From contig JBBQFN010000012.1 in the NCBI GenBank assembly GCA_038321985.1, forward strand, positions 1 to 64,000: 64,000 nt of DNA, given 5' to 3'. How positions within the stretch are numbered: the first letter of the stretch is position 1; every line of letters begins with the position of its first letter. Shown here one piece after another: positions 44,832 to 54,533 of the stretch. The notes under the pieces were generated by a model that saw only the letters and a program-made list of their open reading frames with translations, searched no databases and was not told the DNA's origin. This DNA is from Cyanophyceae cyanobacterium. Its GTDB lineage: Bacteria; Cyanobacteriota; Cyanobacteriia; Cyanobacteriales; Laspinemataceae. A program made the translations under genes and the position numbers.

Positions 44832-45245
44832 TTATGCCGGAACTTCAGTGGCGATCGCTTCTATCAATTTGCTCACCCGTACTTTAATTTCATCCCGCAC
44901 CGCCCGAAATGTCTCCAAGGGTTTCCCATCAGGGTCTTCCAATTCCCAATCTTCAAACACTTCTCGCAATACCCAACCTTCGGGTAAATTCACCCCACAC
45001 CCACAGAGGGAAATCACTGCATTATAATCCTCTGGCTTAAAATCAATTAACGCATCGGAGGTTTGATGAGTAATATCAATACCCACTTCCTCCATCACCT
45101 CAACCGCAGTCGGATGGACTCGACTCGCTTCTAAACCGGAACTGGTCACCTCAATTTTTCCCTCACCCAAGGTTTTAGCAAATCCTTCTGCTATCTGCGA
45201 TCGGCAAGAATTCCGCTTGCAAACAAACATTACTTTTTGAGTCAT
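44832..45245 (-). CDS. arsC: Arsenate reductase (LMW-PTP fold, cyanobacterial glutaredoxin-type)
   Basis: CKRNSCRSQ P-loop, SLCGCG, DPDG. Confidence 0.95.
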   Translation of the reverse strand: MTQKVMFVCKRNSCRSQIAEGFAKTLGEGKIEVTSSGLEASRVHPTAVEVMEEVGIDITHQTSDALIDFKPEDYNAVISLCGCGVNLPEGWVLREVFEDWELEDPDGKPLETFRAVRDEIKVRVSKLIEAIATEVPA

Positions 45246-45311
45246 GATTCCTCTGTCTTAATGGGGTAAAAATTATGGGAAAATTTAGAAAACCACTCTC
45301 GCCCCTAGGGT

Positions 45312-46463
45312 TTACTTGAAACTTGGAAAACAACGGGGGTCTTGTAAAGTTGCTTTATCAGGTTCTCGGGGAAACCAATTCGCTGTTTTCTTACAAACCT
45401 CTACCAGCATTAACATCACCGGCACTTCAATTAAAACCCCGACTACTGTTGCCAGTGCTGCACCAGAATTTAAACCAAATAGCATGACTGCGGTGGCGAT
45501 CGCTACTTCAAAATGATTGCTAGCCCCAATCAGAGCAGCCGGAGCCGCATCTTCATAAGCCAGATTCATTTTTAATCCGGCAACGTAGGTGATTAAAAAA
45601 ATAAAGTTCGTCTGAAGAAACAAGGGCACAGCAATTAACAGAATATGCAAGGGATTTCTAACAATTAAATCTCCTTTAAACGAAAACAGCAGTACCAAAG
45701 TGATCAGCAAGGCTGTAATCGAAACCGGAGTTAGATATTTCAAAAACTTCCGTTCAAACCACTGACGGCCTTTATTTTTAAATATCCAGTAACGGCTGTA
45801 AGTCCCGGCAGCGAGAGGCAATCCGACATAAATCAGCACCGATAAAACAATCGTTTGCCAGGGCACTGTTAAATCATTGGCAGCCAGTAACCATCTGCCC
45901 AAGGGAGCATACAAAAATAGCATTGCCAGAGAGTTAATTGCCACCATGACCAGGGTATGCCCCTGATTACTAAAAGAAAGATATCCCCACATCAGCACCA
46001 TCGCTGTACAGGGGGCAATTCCTAATAAAATGGTTCCCGCGATGTATGAATTAGCAATGTCAATCGTCTCGTTGTTGATTATCTCCGTACCCACAATCAA
46101 GGGACGAAATAACCACCCTAAGAAAAATTGAGAAAAAGCGACCATTGTGAAGGGTTTAATTAACCAATTCACAATTAAGGTGAGCAAAACGGGTTTCGGC
46201 GCTCTAACTACATTGGCTGCCTGAGTAAAATCGATTTTCACCATGATCGGGTACATCATGAAAAACAGGCAGATGGCGATCGGAATTGATACCTGATAGA
46301 AGCTCATGGCATCTAGGGCAACCGCTACCCCTGGAAACAGTTTACCCAGGAGGATGCCTCCTAGGATGCACAAAAAAACCCACAGGGTCAGGTATCGCTC
46401 AAAAACACTAAGTTTCCCACCAGCTTGTACGGGTTGCTTCAAATCCGTGTTTGGCTCATTCAC
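45312..46463 (-). CDS. acr3: Arsenite efflux transporter, ACR3 family
   Basis: [44 protein letters not shown]. Confidence 0.95.
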   Translation of the reverse strand: MNEPNTDLKQPVQAGGKLSVFERYLTLWVFLCILGGILLGKLFPGVAVALDAMSFYQVSIPIAICLFFMMYPIMVKIDFTQAANVVRAPKPVLLTLIVNWLIKPFTMVAFSQFFLGWLFRPLIVGTEIINNETIDIANSYIAGTILLGIAPCTAMVLMWGYLSFSNQGHTLVMVAINSLAMLFLYAPLGRWLLAANDLTVPWQTIVLSVLIYVGLPLAAGTYSRYWIFKNKGRQWFERKFLKYLTPVSITALLITLVLLFSFKGDLIVRNPLHILLIAVPLFLQTNFIFLITYVAGLKMNLAYEDAAPAALIGASNHFEVAIATAVMLFGLNSGAALATVVGVLIEVPVMLMLVEVCKKTANWFPREPDKATLQDPRCFPSFK

Positions 46464-46506
46464 GAAACTTTGCCTCTTTCCTACTCTCTATCGCCTTGGA
46501 TTATAT

Positions 46507-46551
46507 ATCAATAAAAGTTGATGAGTCAATCCCATTTCAAGAAAACTTGAT
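46507..46551 (-). promoter_or_regulatory. Two ArsR-type operators (ATCAA-N6-TTGAT) upstream of acr3
   Basis: ATCAATAAAAGTTGAT (46507-46522) and TTCAAGAAAACTTGAT (46536-46551). Confidence 0.75.
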
Positions 46552-46583
46552 ATAAAGGATTCAGAGTATTGAAATGGCTTAGC

Positions 46584-47612
46584 CTAAAACTTAGCTTGTT
46601 TGGTAAGCAATTCGCCGATGGTTAAATCAAAGGCAGCTTTGCCGTCAAAAACTGTGCCCACCTTGTGTCGATGAAAATGGATGTAGGCCAAACGGTAGCC
46701 TTCTTCCGGTAGAGGGATGTAACCCACATTGGAAACCAGTTCTGGGGCTTTCTCTAGGTAAAATTCGACAAAAGCCTGAAGTGCAGGATTCTTCTGGGCG
46801 GCGTCGGCATTGACATAAATAAACAGGGGACGGGAAAGGGGCTGATATTGGGCGCTTTCCACGGTTTCCCGAGAAGGCATCATGGGACCATTTCCATTAT
46901 CCAGAGCGACTGCCTTGAGTCCTTCCCGGTGTGCTTCATAGTAGGCATAGCCAAAATAACCGAGGGCATTGGGGTCTCGACGCACTCCCTCCACCAGCAC
47001 ATCATCATCCTCACTGGCGGTATAGTCATTCCGACTGGCATCGGATTCCCCCATAATCGCCTCAGTAAAATAGTCAAAGGTCCCGGAGTCGCTGCCTGGA
47101 CCGAATAAGGTCAAGGGGCGACTGGGCCAAGAGGACCGCACTTGATTCCATTTGGAAATTTTACCTTGGGCCGTGGGTTCCCAAATTTTCTTTAACTCTT
47201 CCACCGTGAGGCGATCGACCCAGGTATTGTCCGGGTGAACGACTAAGGTAATGGCATCAAAGGCGATCGGTAACTCGATATAGGGAACACCGGATTCTCG
47301 ACAGGCGGCCATCTCCGCTAAGTTAATCGGTCTAGAAGCGTTATTAACGGTCGTTTCTCCGGCACAGAATTTGCGAAACCCACCCCCGGTCCCAGAGAAT
47401 TCCACGGTCACTTCTGCGGGATTGGGATGGGTTTCTCGATAGGATTCGGCGATCGCCTGGGTAATCGGATAAACCGTAGAAGACCCATCCATGATTATGG
47501 GTTGTAAGACTTGTGAATTGCTGTTTTGGCAGGAGGTCATTAGGGCCGCTACTCCGGCGATCGCTGCCCACCTTTTCACTCCCATCAAAAACTGCTGTGC
47601 TGTTGCGTTCAT
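46584..47612 (-). CDS. pstS: Orphan PstS-family oxyanion-binding lipoprotein inside the ars unit
   Basis: Lipobox-like MTSC, DGSSTVYP, GTGGGFRKFC, DSGTFDYF; no permease or ATPase adjacent; ATG at 47612. Confidence 0.88.
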   Translation of the reverse strand: MNATAQQFLMGVKRWAAIAGVAALMTSCQNSNSQVLQPIIMDGSSTVYPITQAIAESYRETHPNPAEVTVEFSGTGGGFRKFCAGETTVNNASRPINLAEMAACRESGVPYIELPIAFDAITLVVHPDNTWVDRLTVEELKKIWEPTAQGKISKWNQVRSSWPSRPLTLFGPGSDSGTFDYFTEAIMGESDASRNDYTASEDDDVLVEGVRRDPNALGYFGYAYYEAHREGLKAVALDNGNGPMMPSRETVESAQYQPLSRPLFIYVNADAAQKNPALQAFVEFYLEKAPELVSNVGYIPLPEEGYRLAYIHFHRHKVGTVFDGKAAFDLTIGELLTKQAKF

Positions 47613-47655
47613 AGCCCTTTCCCCAAAAAACAATTGCGGGGTATAGGGTAAATAT

Positions 47656-47695
47656 ATCAATAAAACTTGATTTGTTAGGTTAAATTTTAGTAAAG
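47656..47695 (-). promoter_or_regulatory. ArsR-type operator plus adjacent candidate Pho-box pair upstream of the orphan pstS
   Basis: ATCAATAAAACTTGAT at 47656-47671; minus strand CTTTACTA-nnn-TTTAACCT at 47695-47677. Confidence 0.6.
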
Positions 47696-47702
47696 GAGAA
47701 AT

Positions 47703-48032
47703 TCAGGAGCCTCCATTACAGGACCGAGCCGGGAGAATCGGACTAAAACGGCGGTACTCAGCAAGGTATTGTTCGAGGAAGGCAAACTGAGGGATATTCA
47801 GACTGTAGTAGATCCAACGACCTTCTTGGCGTGCACGAACCAGGGCAGCTTCTTTAAGAGTTTTAAGGTGGAAAGAGAGCTTAGACTGGCTCACGTCCAG
47901 AATTTCGCACAGTTCGCACACACATAACTCGCGATCGCGCAGCAACTCCAAGATCGAAATCCGCAACGGGTCAGAAAATGCATGAAAACCCGCCGCAATC
48001 TCTGCCGGTGCATTCTCAGTGGTATTAACCAT
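47703..48032 (-). CDS. arsR: ArsR/SmtB-family repressor
   Basis: ELCVCEL metal site, SQSKLSFHLKTL, GRWIYYSL; a degenerate operator ATCAACTTTTCCTGAA overlaps its start. Confidence 0.93.
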   Translation of the reverse strand: MVNTTENAPAEIAAGFHAFSDPLRISILELLRDRELCVCELCEILDVSQSKLSFHLKTLKEAALVRARQEGRWIYYSLNIPQFAFLEQYLAEYRRFSPILPARSCNGGS

Positions 48033-48157
48033 CAACTTTTCCTGAAATATCTAGGCCCGATTTTAGCATGGGAGATGACGGGGATGTTAGAGGTGGCGCA
48101 TTAACAGCAGTCTAGCAACATCTTGCACCCGTTCACTTCTAAGAATTACAAGCAAAC

Positions 48158-48847
48158 TCAAGCCTTCAATCTGGCAACCATTTCTGCACGGGCAGAAACG
48201 TCTAACTTCTGAAACATCCGCTTGAGAACTTGTTTGACAGCATCACGGCTAATATTCAACTTCAAAGCAATTTCTCGATTACTCAATCCTTGAGCAACTA
48301 ATTCCGCAACGTCAACTTCTCGTGGTGTTAGACAATTGATTAAAGAAGGAGTGATCGCAAAACGTAAAGTTGCAAAACGAACGGATAAGTATTGGCATAG
48401 AGAACCCACATGAATCAGATCGCGATCGTTAAAGCTGGGAAACTCCTTCCCACGCAAAAAATAGATTCCACCGATCAAGCGACTAACACCAATGAGGGGT
48501 GCAACCATGCCATGTTCAAGCCCGTAGTTGCGAAATACATCCTGGTAAAGTGCGCTCTGATGCCAAACTTTTAAAGACTGAACCGATAGATGATGAACTG
48601 GAATTTGCTGCTGAATCATGCGTTGGCTTACTAGATCTTCACTTTGTCCAACTTCTTGATAGCGATCGCGAAAGGTATCCGGCACTCCCCGAAGATCTGA
48701 CTCCACCACTCGAAGACGACTATCCAGCAAATCGAATCCCCAAGCCGTAGCTCCCACCAGTTCGCCAGCATAGTCCATGAAGCAAGAGCGCAACTGTACT
48801 TCATTGGATACCCGGGTGATTTTTTCAATCAGAGGAGCAAATTTCAT
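48158..48847 (-). CDS. LuxR-family regulator with an N-terminal GAF-like sensor domain
   Basis: LTPREVDVAELVAQGLSNREIA...KLDVSARAE. Confidence 0.88.
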   Translation of the reverse strand: MKFAPLIEKITRVSNEVQLRSCFMDYAGELVGATAWGFDLLDSRLRVVESDLRGVPDTFRDRYQEVGQSEDLVSQRMIQQQIPVHHLSVQSLKVWHQSALYQDVFRNYGLEHGMVAPLIGVSRLIGGIYFLRGKEFPSFNDRDLIHVGSLCQYLSVRFATLRFAITPSLINCLTPREVDVAELVAQGLSNREIALKLNISRDAVKQVLKRMFQKLDVSARAEMVARLKA

Positions 48848-48927
48848 AAACTTGTACCCAGTTGGGGACTTGATTCGTTGATTATAAGTTTTTATTCTAT
48901 AAAACTGATCCCCAATTCAGGTCTGTT

Positions 48928-49431
48928 ATGCCTATTCCTATTTCAACTTTGTTTGTTGGACTCAATGGTTTGATTGCGCTTGCTTTGTCTTACCTAGTCG
49001 CTATGGAGCGCACCCGAACTCGTATTTGGCATGGAGAAACGGAGAAAGACATTATTAATCAACCCAATTACCTTGAACACCCGAATCCCTGGGCAGCTTT
49101 TGTCGAAAGCTATACTCAGAAATCTGGGATTACAAAAACTGCCCATGATGGCGTTCTTCAGCGTAAAGTACGGGCTTATGGCAATTTTACAGAATATGTC
49201 CCCTTGGGGCTGTTGTTTGTCATCGCATTAGAGTTGATGAATTCGTCGTCTTGGATACTCTGGTTGCTTGGCAGTATGCTCACGATAGGACGAGTTGCTC
49301 ATGGGTGGGGGCTGATTATCACCTATGGTCCCTCACCGGGTCGCGCAGTTGGTTTTTTCCTAACTTGGTTCGTTTACATTGCGGGTGCTAATGCCTGTAT
49401 ATATTGTGGTATTGTAGGACTTCTCTCGTAA
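48928..49431 (+). CDS. MAPEG-family membrane protein
   Basis: RAYGNFTEYVP, GRVAHGWG; hydrophobic helices. Confidence 0.85.
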   Translation: MPIPISTLFVGLNGLIALALSYLVAMERTRTRIWHGETEKDIINQPNYLEHPNPWAAFVESYTQKSGITKTAHDGVLQRKVRAYGNFTEYVPLGLLFVIALELMNSSSWILWLLGSMLTIGRVAHGWGLIITYGPSPGRAVGFFLTWFVYIAGANACIYCGIVGLLS

Positions 49432-49440
49432 TTACTAGCC

Positions 49441-49526
49441 GCCCAAGAGGTCATGGCAGCGGACGCTCAAGAGCCACTTATGGGGTTGTCGAACCTATCT
49501 GCTGCCGCTCACTTTTGCCGTTGGAC
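49441..49526 (+). mobile_element. attC-like recombination site (86 bp) immediately after the MAPEG stop codon
   Basis: GCCCAAG-AGGTC-ATGGCAGCGG...CCGCTCAC-TTTTGCC-GTTGGAC; R' fits GTTRRRY, R'' is degenerate (AAG for AAC). Confidence 0.6.
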
Positions 49527-49556
49527 AAGGGACTCGAAGCCCCCATCTCCTCACGC

Positions 49557-50399
49557 TTACTTTTGTTTCGCCAAAAGCACTTTAATGCGTTGCCAAACTT
49601 CTTCTAATTCTTCAACACTATATTCTGAAAGAGGTCGATCGCAAGCCTCTTCTAATTTAGAAAATCTCTGGACAAATCGATGATTCGTCTCTAATAACCC
49701 CTCTGATGGGTCTAAATCATACCATCGGGCGAGGTTAATCACCACGAATAATAAATCCCCTAATTCCGCTTGCTGTCGCGCTTTATCTTCATGGGCGATC
49801 GCATAGCGAAATTCCCCTAATTCTTCCTCAAACTTTTCCCAAACTCCCTCTATATTATCCCATTCAAACCCCACACCTGCGGCTTTTTCTGAAATCTTCA
49901 TTCCTGCCATTAAAGGAGGTAAAGTCCGGGCATATCGGCTGAGTTTATCACTCAGGGGTTTAATTTCTCGCCCCGTTTCCCCTTTTTCTTCGGCTTTGAT
50001 TTGCTCCCAGTTGGTCCGGACTTCCTCAACGCTGCTCACTTGCACATCCCCAAAAACATGAGGATGACGGCGAATCAATTTTTCAGCAATACCATCGGCT
50101 ACTTCGGTGAGGCCAAACTGGTTGACTTCGCTGGCAATTTGAGATTGTAATACGACTTGTAATAATAAATCCCCAAGTTCTTCAGCAATGGCTTTTTTAT
50201 CACCCCTTTTAATGGCATCTACAACTTCGTAGGCTTCTTCGATAATATAGGGGATTAAACTTTCGGGGGTTTGGGCTAAATCCCAGGGACATCCCCCGTC
50301 AGGCGATCGTAACTGTGCTACTACCTCGATTAACTTTTGTAAGGCTGGCAAGGCAGAGGGACTAGAGACCGTGGGTTTAGGTTTTTCAGGAGTTGACAT
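49557..50399 (-). CDS. mazG: Nucleoside triphosphate pyrophosphohydrolase
   Basis: GCPWD, EEAYEV, EELGDLLLQ, KLIRRHPHVF, second domain ELGDLLF. Confidence 0.95.
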   Translation of the reverse strand: MSTPEKPKPTVSSPSALPALQKLIEVVAQLRSPDGGCPWDLAQTPESLIPYIIEEAYEVVDAIKRGDKKAIAEELGDLLLQVVLQSQIASEVNQFGLTEVADGIAEKLIRRHPHVFGDVQVSSVEEVRTNWEQIKAEEKGETGREIKPLSDKLSRYARTLPPLMAGMKISEKAAGVGFEWDNIEGVWEKFEEELGEFRYAIAHEDKARQQAELGDLLFVVINLARWYDLDPSEGLLETNHRFVQRFSKLEEACDRPLSEYSVEELEEVWQRIKVLLAKQK

Positions 50400-50566
50400 T
50401 TCAGGTAATACAGAGGTTACTTCCAAGAAATTACTGATAATATACACCAGTGAAACGGGGGGCAATAACTTGCCATTTTTCAACAGGTGTTGAGGGGAAA
50501 TTCTTCAGAATCAGGTAAAAAATCTATAGGCCCTTGTAGATTTTAAACTATAAAAAGCCATAAAAA

Positions 50567-51187
50567 TTAAGATTTGCGCTTGGTGGGGGCGGGTTGCGGG
50601 CGAGTATTGTGGGAGGAGCGACGCTTAATCCGTTTGGCTGGAGTATGGCGTTTTTGGGGGGGATTGAAAATAGCAAACCATCCGTATTTTTTAAACCGTT
50701 TGTAGGCTGATCCGAGCCAATCACTGAGAGAATGACTCATGGCACCAAGTTCTAACCCTAAGAATAGGGCAACTCCTTCCATTGAGTGCTGTTTGAGGGT
50801 CCGGGCGATCGCCTCCGCTGCTCGGGGTGGATTCCAGATTAAGAGTCCGGTATATTGTCCGACTATGACTACCCCAAAGGCGATCGCCCCGATCCAAATA
50901 CCTAAATAAAGGATCCGCAGCGCCGTCCCGACTAAGGGACCATGAGACAAAAACGAGCGATGATGTAAACTCTGTTGATAAGGCAGCCAGATCCACCGCA
51001 ACCATCCCCACCGCTGGAACTGATGAGAGTAGATATCCAGATCCGGACCAAACATCAGTCCACTGAACAAAAACCCACCGGCGACAATTAGAGTTAGAGT
51101 GCTGCTGCGGGTTTGTGCATAGGTGCCACCTGCCACCCACGGCAAGCTCCACAAAGTAATTCCGTCATGAGTTCGACCAGATGGCAT
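50567..51187 (-). CDS. Putative metal-binding membrane protein (DUF2227-like)
   Basis: MPSGRTHD, PDLD, HRSFLSHGP, SHSLSD. Confidence 0.8.
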   Translation of the reverse strand: MPSGRTHDGITLWSLPWVAGGTYAQTRSSTLTLIVAGGFLFSGLMFGPDLDIYSHQFQRWGWLRWIWLPYQQSLHHRSFLSHGPLVGTALRILYLGIWIGAIAFGVVIVGQYTGLLIWNPPRAAEAIARTLKQHSMEGVALFLGLELGAMSHSLSDWLGSAYKRFKKYGWFAIFNPPQKRHTPAKRIKRRSSHNTRPQPAPTKRKS

Positions 51188-51232
51188 GAAATTTCCAAAA
51201 AATGTGTTATGATAGGATTCGTCAGGAAAAAA

Positions 51233-51304
51233 GGGCGTTTAGCTCAGTGGTAGAGCGCCTGCCTTACAAGCAGGACGTCACTGGTTCGAATCCAGTATCG
51301 CCCA
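51233..51304 (+). tRNA. tRNA-Val (TAC)
   Basis: GGGCGTTTAGCTCAGTGGTAGAGC, anticodon arm CCTGC-CTTACAA-GCAGG, GGTTCGAATCC, acceptor end TCGCCCA. Confidence 0.96.
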
Positions 51305-51412
51305 TTCATTGTTAGACTTTATCGGACCATGCGCAACCCCAGGGGTGATCATTGGCTGGTGCAGACATTAGCCTTGTGATAAACTCGCGATGGATAAGTT
51401 TTGGGATTGCCC

Positions 51413-52144
51413 ATGACCTACTGCCTCAGAATTGCAGATTTACCAACAAATGAACGTCCCCGAGAGCGATTGATCGCTTATGGACCTAAAAGTCTTGCTA
51501 CCGCAGAACTTATTGCCATGCTTCTGGGTACCGGACAAGGACCGGGAAAATTGTCCGCAGTGGGACTCGGCCAGTACATTTTGCAGAAACTGGGAGAAAA
51601 TCAGCGGGACCCCCTGGAAGTTTTGCGAGAGATGTCCCCCCAGGAATTGATGGAAATTCCCGGCGTGGGACCGGCAAAGGCCACCACAATTTTAGCGGCG
51701 ATCGAATTAGGCAAGCGGACCTTTTATTCCAGGCCCCCAGAACGTAAAGAAATTGATAGTCCCGAGGCAGCAGCAGCGGCCCTGTCTCACGAACTGATGT
51801 GGCAAGCTCAGGAACGTTTTGCTTTGGTGCTGTTGGATGTTAAAAATCGCCTGATTGGGACAAAACTGCTCACCATTGGCACCGCAACGGAAACCCTTGC
51901 CCATCCCCGAGAGATTTTTCGAGAAGTTTTGCGACATGGTGCCACCCGCGCGATTATTTCCCATAATCACCCCTCGGGTAGTTTAGAACCCAGTCCGGAA
52001 GACATTCAATTGACCCGCCAGTTATTGCAAGCGGGTCAGTTTTTGCAAATTCCATTACTGGATCATTTGATTTTAGGGAATGGAGACTTCCAGAGTTTGC
52101 GCCAAATCTCCGGGTTATGGGAGGAATATCCCCAAGGGGAGTAG
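51413..52144 (+). CDS. radC: RadC/JAB-domain protein
   Basis: ERPRERL, GVGPAKA HhH, HPREIF, HNHPSG, LLDHLI. Confidence 0.95.
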   Translation: MTYCLRIADLPTNERPRERLIAYGPKSLATAELIAMLLGTGQGPGKLSAVGLGQYILQKLGENQRDPLEVLREMSPQELMEIPGVGPAKATTILAAIELGKRTFYSRPPERKEIDSPEAAAAALSHELMWQAQERFALVLLDVKNRLIGTKLLTIGTATETLAHPREIFREVLRHGATRAIISHNHPSGSLEPSPEDIQLTRQLLQAGQFLQIPLLDHLILGNGDFQSLRQISGLWEEYPQGE

Positions 52145-52224
52145 GGTTGGGGAAGATAGGAAAAATTTTTTCAAAAAAAGGCTTGTGGATTTTGGGCAAG
52201 CTGTGCTATTGTAATAAATCGTGC

Positions 52225-52296
<72 letters not shown>

Positions 52297-52970
52297 TTGA
52301 TTAATTTTTTTTAGGTGATTTTCTCGGGGGCAAATTGTCACCGGGATTTTTTGCATTGGGTTAACACTCGGTATTGAATGGATGGCAGGGTGATTTGGGA
52401 GGTGGCGATCGCCCAGTCTCCAGTTCAAGGTTAGCTTGAAGATGCTTTGGGGTCTCAAATTATGTTACCTGCCTCGAAATACTGCACTATTTTTAGAACA
52501 TTTAAAAAACTAGAGTCAAGAATAGCAAATCATAAAATTTGCTTAGAGTCGGGGATATAGAGTCGTAAACTCAGCTTTGAAAAACACATAGAACATCATA
52601 AACTAAATGGATTGGGGGCAGAAAAATAAGGTTAGGTTGTAGCAATTGCAGAAAAAAATCTCTCTAGTAAATCCCTGGGCTACTGAACCGCTGCAATAGT
52701 CGCTACTCTCGGGTTTATTCTCTGCTGAGTCCATTAATTAACTGCCAGGGGTACTTATTTTTCCTCTGTATAGTAACGGCTCAAATGAGGGGTGAAACCC
52801 TGCATTAACGGTCCCAAATGATTAAGGGATAATTAATTTCATTCGGTAGATAGATATTTTATGGAGGTTGATTGTCACAGTTTAGGAGTGAGTAGACTAC
52901 AATCAAACCATGACCAGCACCAAACATTTCCCCGTATCCACTTAAACTTTACGATTAAGGTTGCTCGCTC

Positions 52971-53225
52971 ATGTACGCTGCACCACAATTACAAGACGAT
53001 AGCGCGATCGCATCCCCGCAGTTGCTCGACCCGACTTTGCTCAAAGCCGCGAGGCTTCTTTATCGTGCTTACAAAGAAGTTCATCCCGATGGGATTCAGC
53101 GTCCTCTTGGGGTAGCCATCGATCGCTTTACTCATCGAGGTCAGCTCATTTTTACCAAAAAGCCAGCTTTATTGCTGACGGAATCTTTTGTGCCGTTCGA
53201 TCAGCTTGAAGCCGGACTCTATTAG
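52971..53225 (+). CDS. Hypothetical protein
   Basis: 84-aa ATG ORF with a globular-looking sequence (RPLGVAIDR...GQLIF...P.LL..E.FV). Confidence 0.6.
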   Translation: MYAAPQLQDDSAIASPQLLDPTLLKAARLLYRAYKEVHPDGIQRPLGVAIDRFTHRGQLIFTKKPALLLTESFVPFDQLEAGLY

Positions 53226-53401
53226 AGAAGATGGGCTATTATTATGACCGGACAGTCTAAAGTTCGGATTTTTATTGTATTCTAATGATTACCTATTGTT
53301 AATAAGTAATAATTAAGCCTGGAGTTTGAATAAAAAAACAACGGATGTATCGTTTTTCTAAAATCTCAATGCTCAACTCCACTCTTTAAAATCGGGTCAT
53401 C

Positions 53402-54226
53402 ATGGATGTGATTTTTGTGATAGCGGCGATTGCGATCGCCTTAACCTTGGGTGCTTCAATTGGCAGTTTTATTAATGTAGTGGCGTACCGAATCCCCGCT
53501 GGTTTATCCCTACTGTGGCCCCCCTCCCGTTGTCCCCAATGCCTCCACAAACTAGGCAAAACCGAGAATGTGCCCGTATTCGGCTGGTTGCGGTTGCGGG
53601 GTCGGTGTGCTCACTGCAAAACTCCAATTTCCATGCGTTATCCCCTTGTAGAAGGATTGACGGCACTCTTATTCATGCTAGTGACATTGTTCACCTGGGA
53701 AAACCCTATACAAATGGTGGGGTACTGGGTCTTTTTTAGTTGGTTGTTGGCTCTATCGATTATCGATTTTGATACCATGACTCTCCCGAACCCGCTTACA
53801 CAGTCGGGATTGGTGGTGGGGTTAGGGTTTCAGATGGTGACTGGGTGGGCGATCGCCGCGAATGTGCAGGGGATTTCGCAACAATTAATGGTGGGGATAT
53901 TCGGTGCAGTCATTGGGATTTGGCTATTAGATAGCATTTCGTTTCTAGGTTCCATTGCCTTTGGAAAAACCGCAATGGGTGCTGGAGATGCCAAACTCGC
54001 GGCGATGATGGGTGCTTGGTTGGGGTGGAAATTGATGCTGCTAGCCGGTTTTATGGCTTGTGCCGCAGGTGCCTTTATCGGTGGCGGCGCAGTCGCCTTG
54101 GGGTGGCTGGAACGGAGTAAACCGATGCCATTTGGACCCTTTCTGGCTCTTGGTGCGGCGATCGCTGCTTTGTGGGGAAACAATATTTTATCGGCTTATC
54201 TGGGTCTATTTTTTCCCCTTCAATAA
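53402..54226 (+). CDS. pilD: Prepilin peptidase / N-methyltransferase
   Basis: GSFINVVAYRIP, SRCPQC and GRCAHC, IDFD, MGAGDAKL, PFGPFL. Confidence 0.95.
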   Translation: MDVIFVIAAIAIALTLGASIGSFINVVAYRIPAGLSLLWPPSRCPQCLHKLGKTENVPVFGWLRLRGRCAHCKTPISMRYPLVEGLTALLFMLVTLFTWENPIQMVGYWVFFSWLLALSIIDFDTMTLPNPLTQSGLVVGLGFQMVTGWAIAANVQGISQQLMVGIFGAVIGIWLLDSISFLGSIAFGKTAMGAGDAKLAAMMGAWLGWKLMLLAGFMACAAGAFIGGGAVALGWLERSKPMPFGPFLALGAAIAALWGNNILSAYLGLFFPLQ

Positions 54227-54533
54227 GAGGGAACCCCACCCTAACCCGGACCAAAACATAGGGGAACGCAACTTGTCCGGGTATCAATATTTTCTTGTTA
54301 TTCCGGGATCAGGGATGGATCTAATGCTGGAACTGGATAATATTGTTAGGGATTCAGGGGGGAAAAGGGTAAATTATTGGAGTTTAGGCTAGGGATTAAC
54401 CTATCCCCGTAATTTACCATAACGCGCCTTTTTATACGGAAATAATTTACAAAAATTGGCAAAAATTTTGATAGCCTGCTGATGCGGGCTATCAGAAAAA
54501 GGGTTTTATAGTAGGGATGAAGTATGATTTTCC

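Noticed and set aside
51413..52144. radC as marker of a prophage or ICE
   Set aside because: Full-length chromosomal type with an HhH region; no integrase or other mobile genes between the tRNAs.
54240..54295. CCCTAAC-CCGGAC...GTCCGGG hairpin after pilD as a third attC-like site
   Set aside because: No matching GTT box at the 3' end and no similarity to the 86-bp family.
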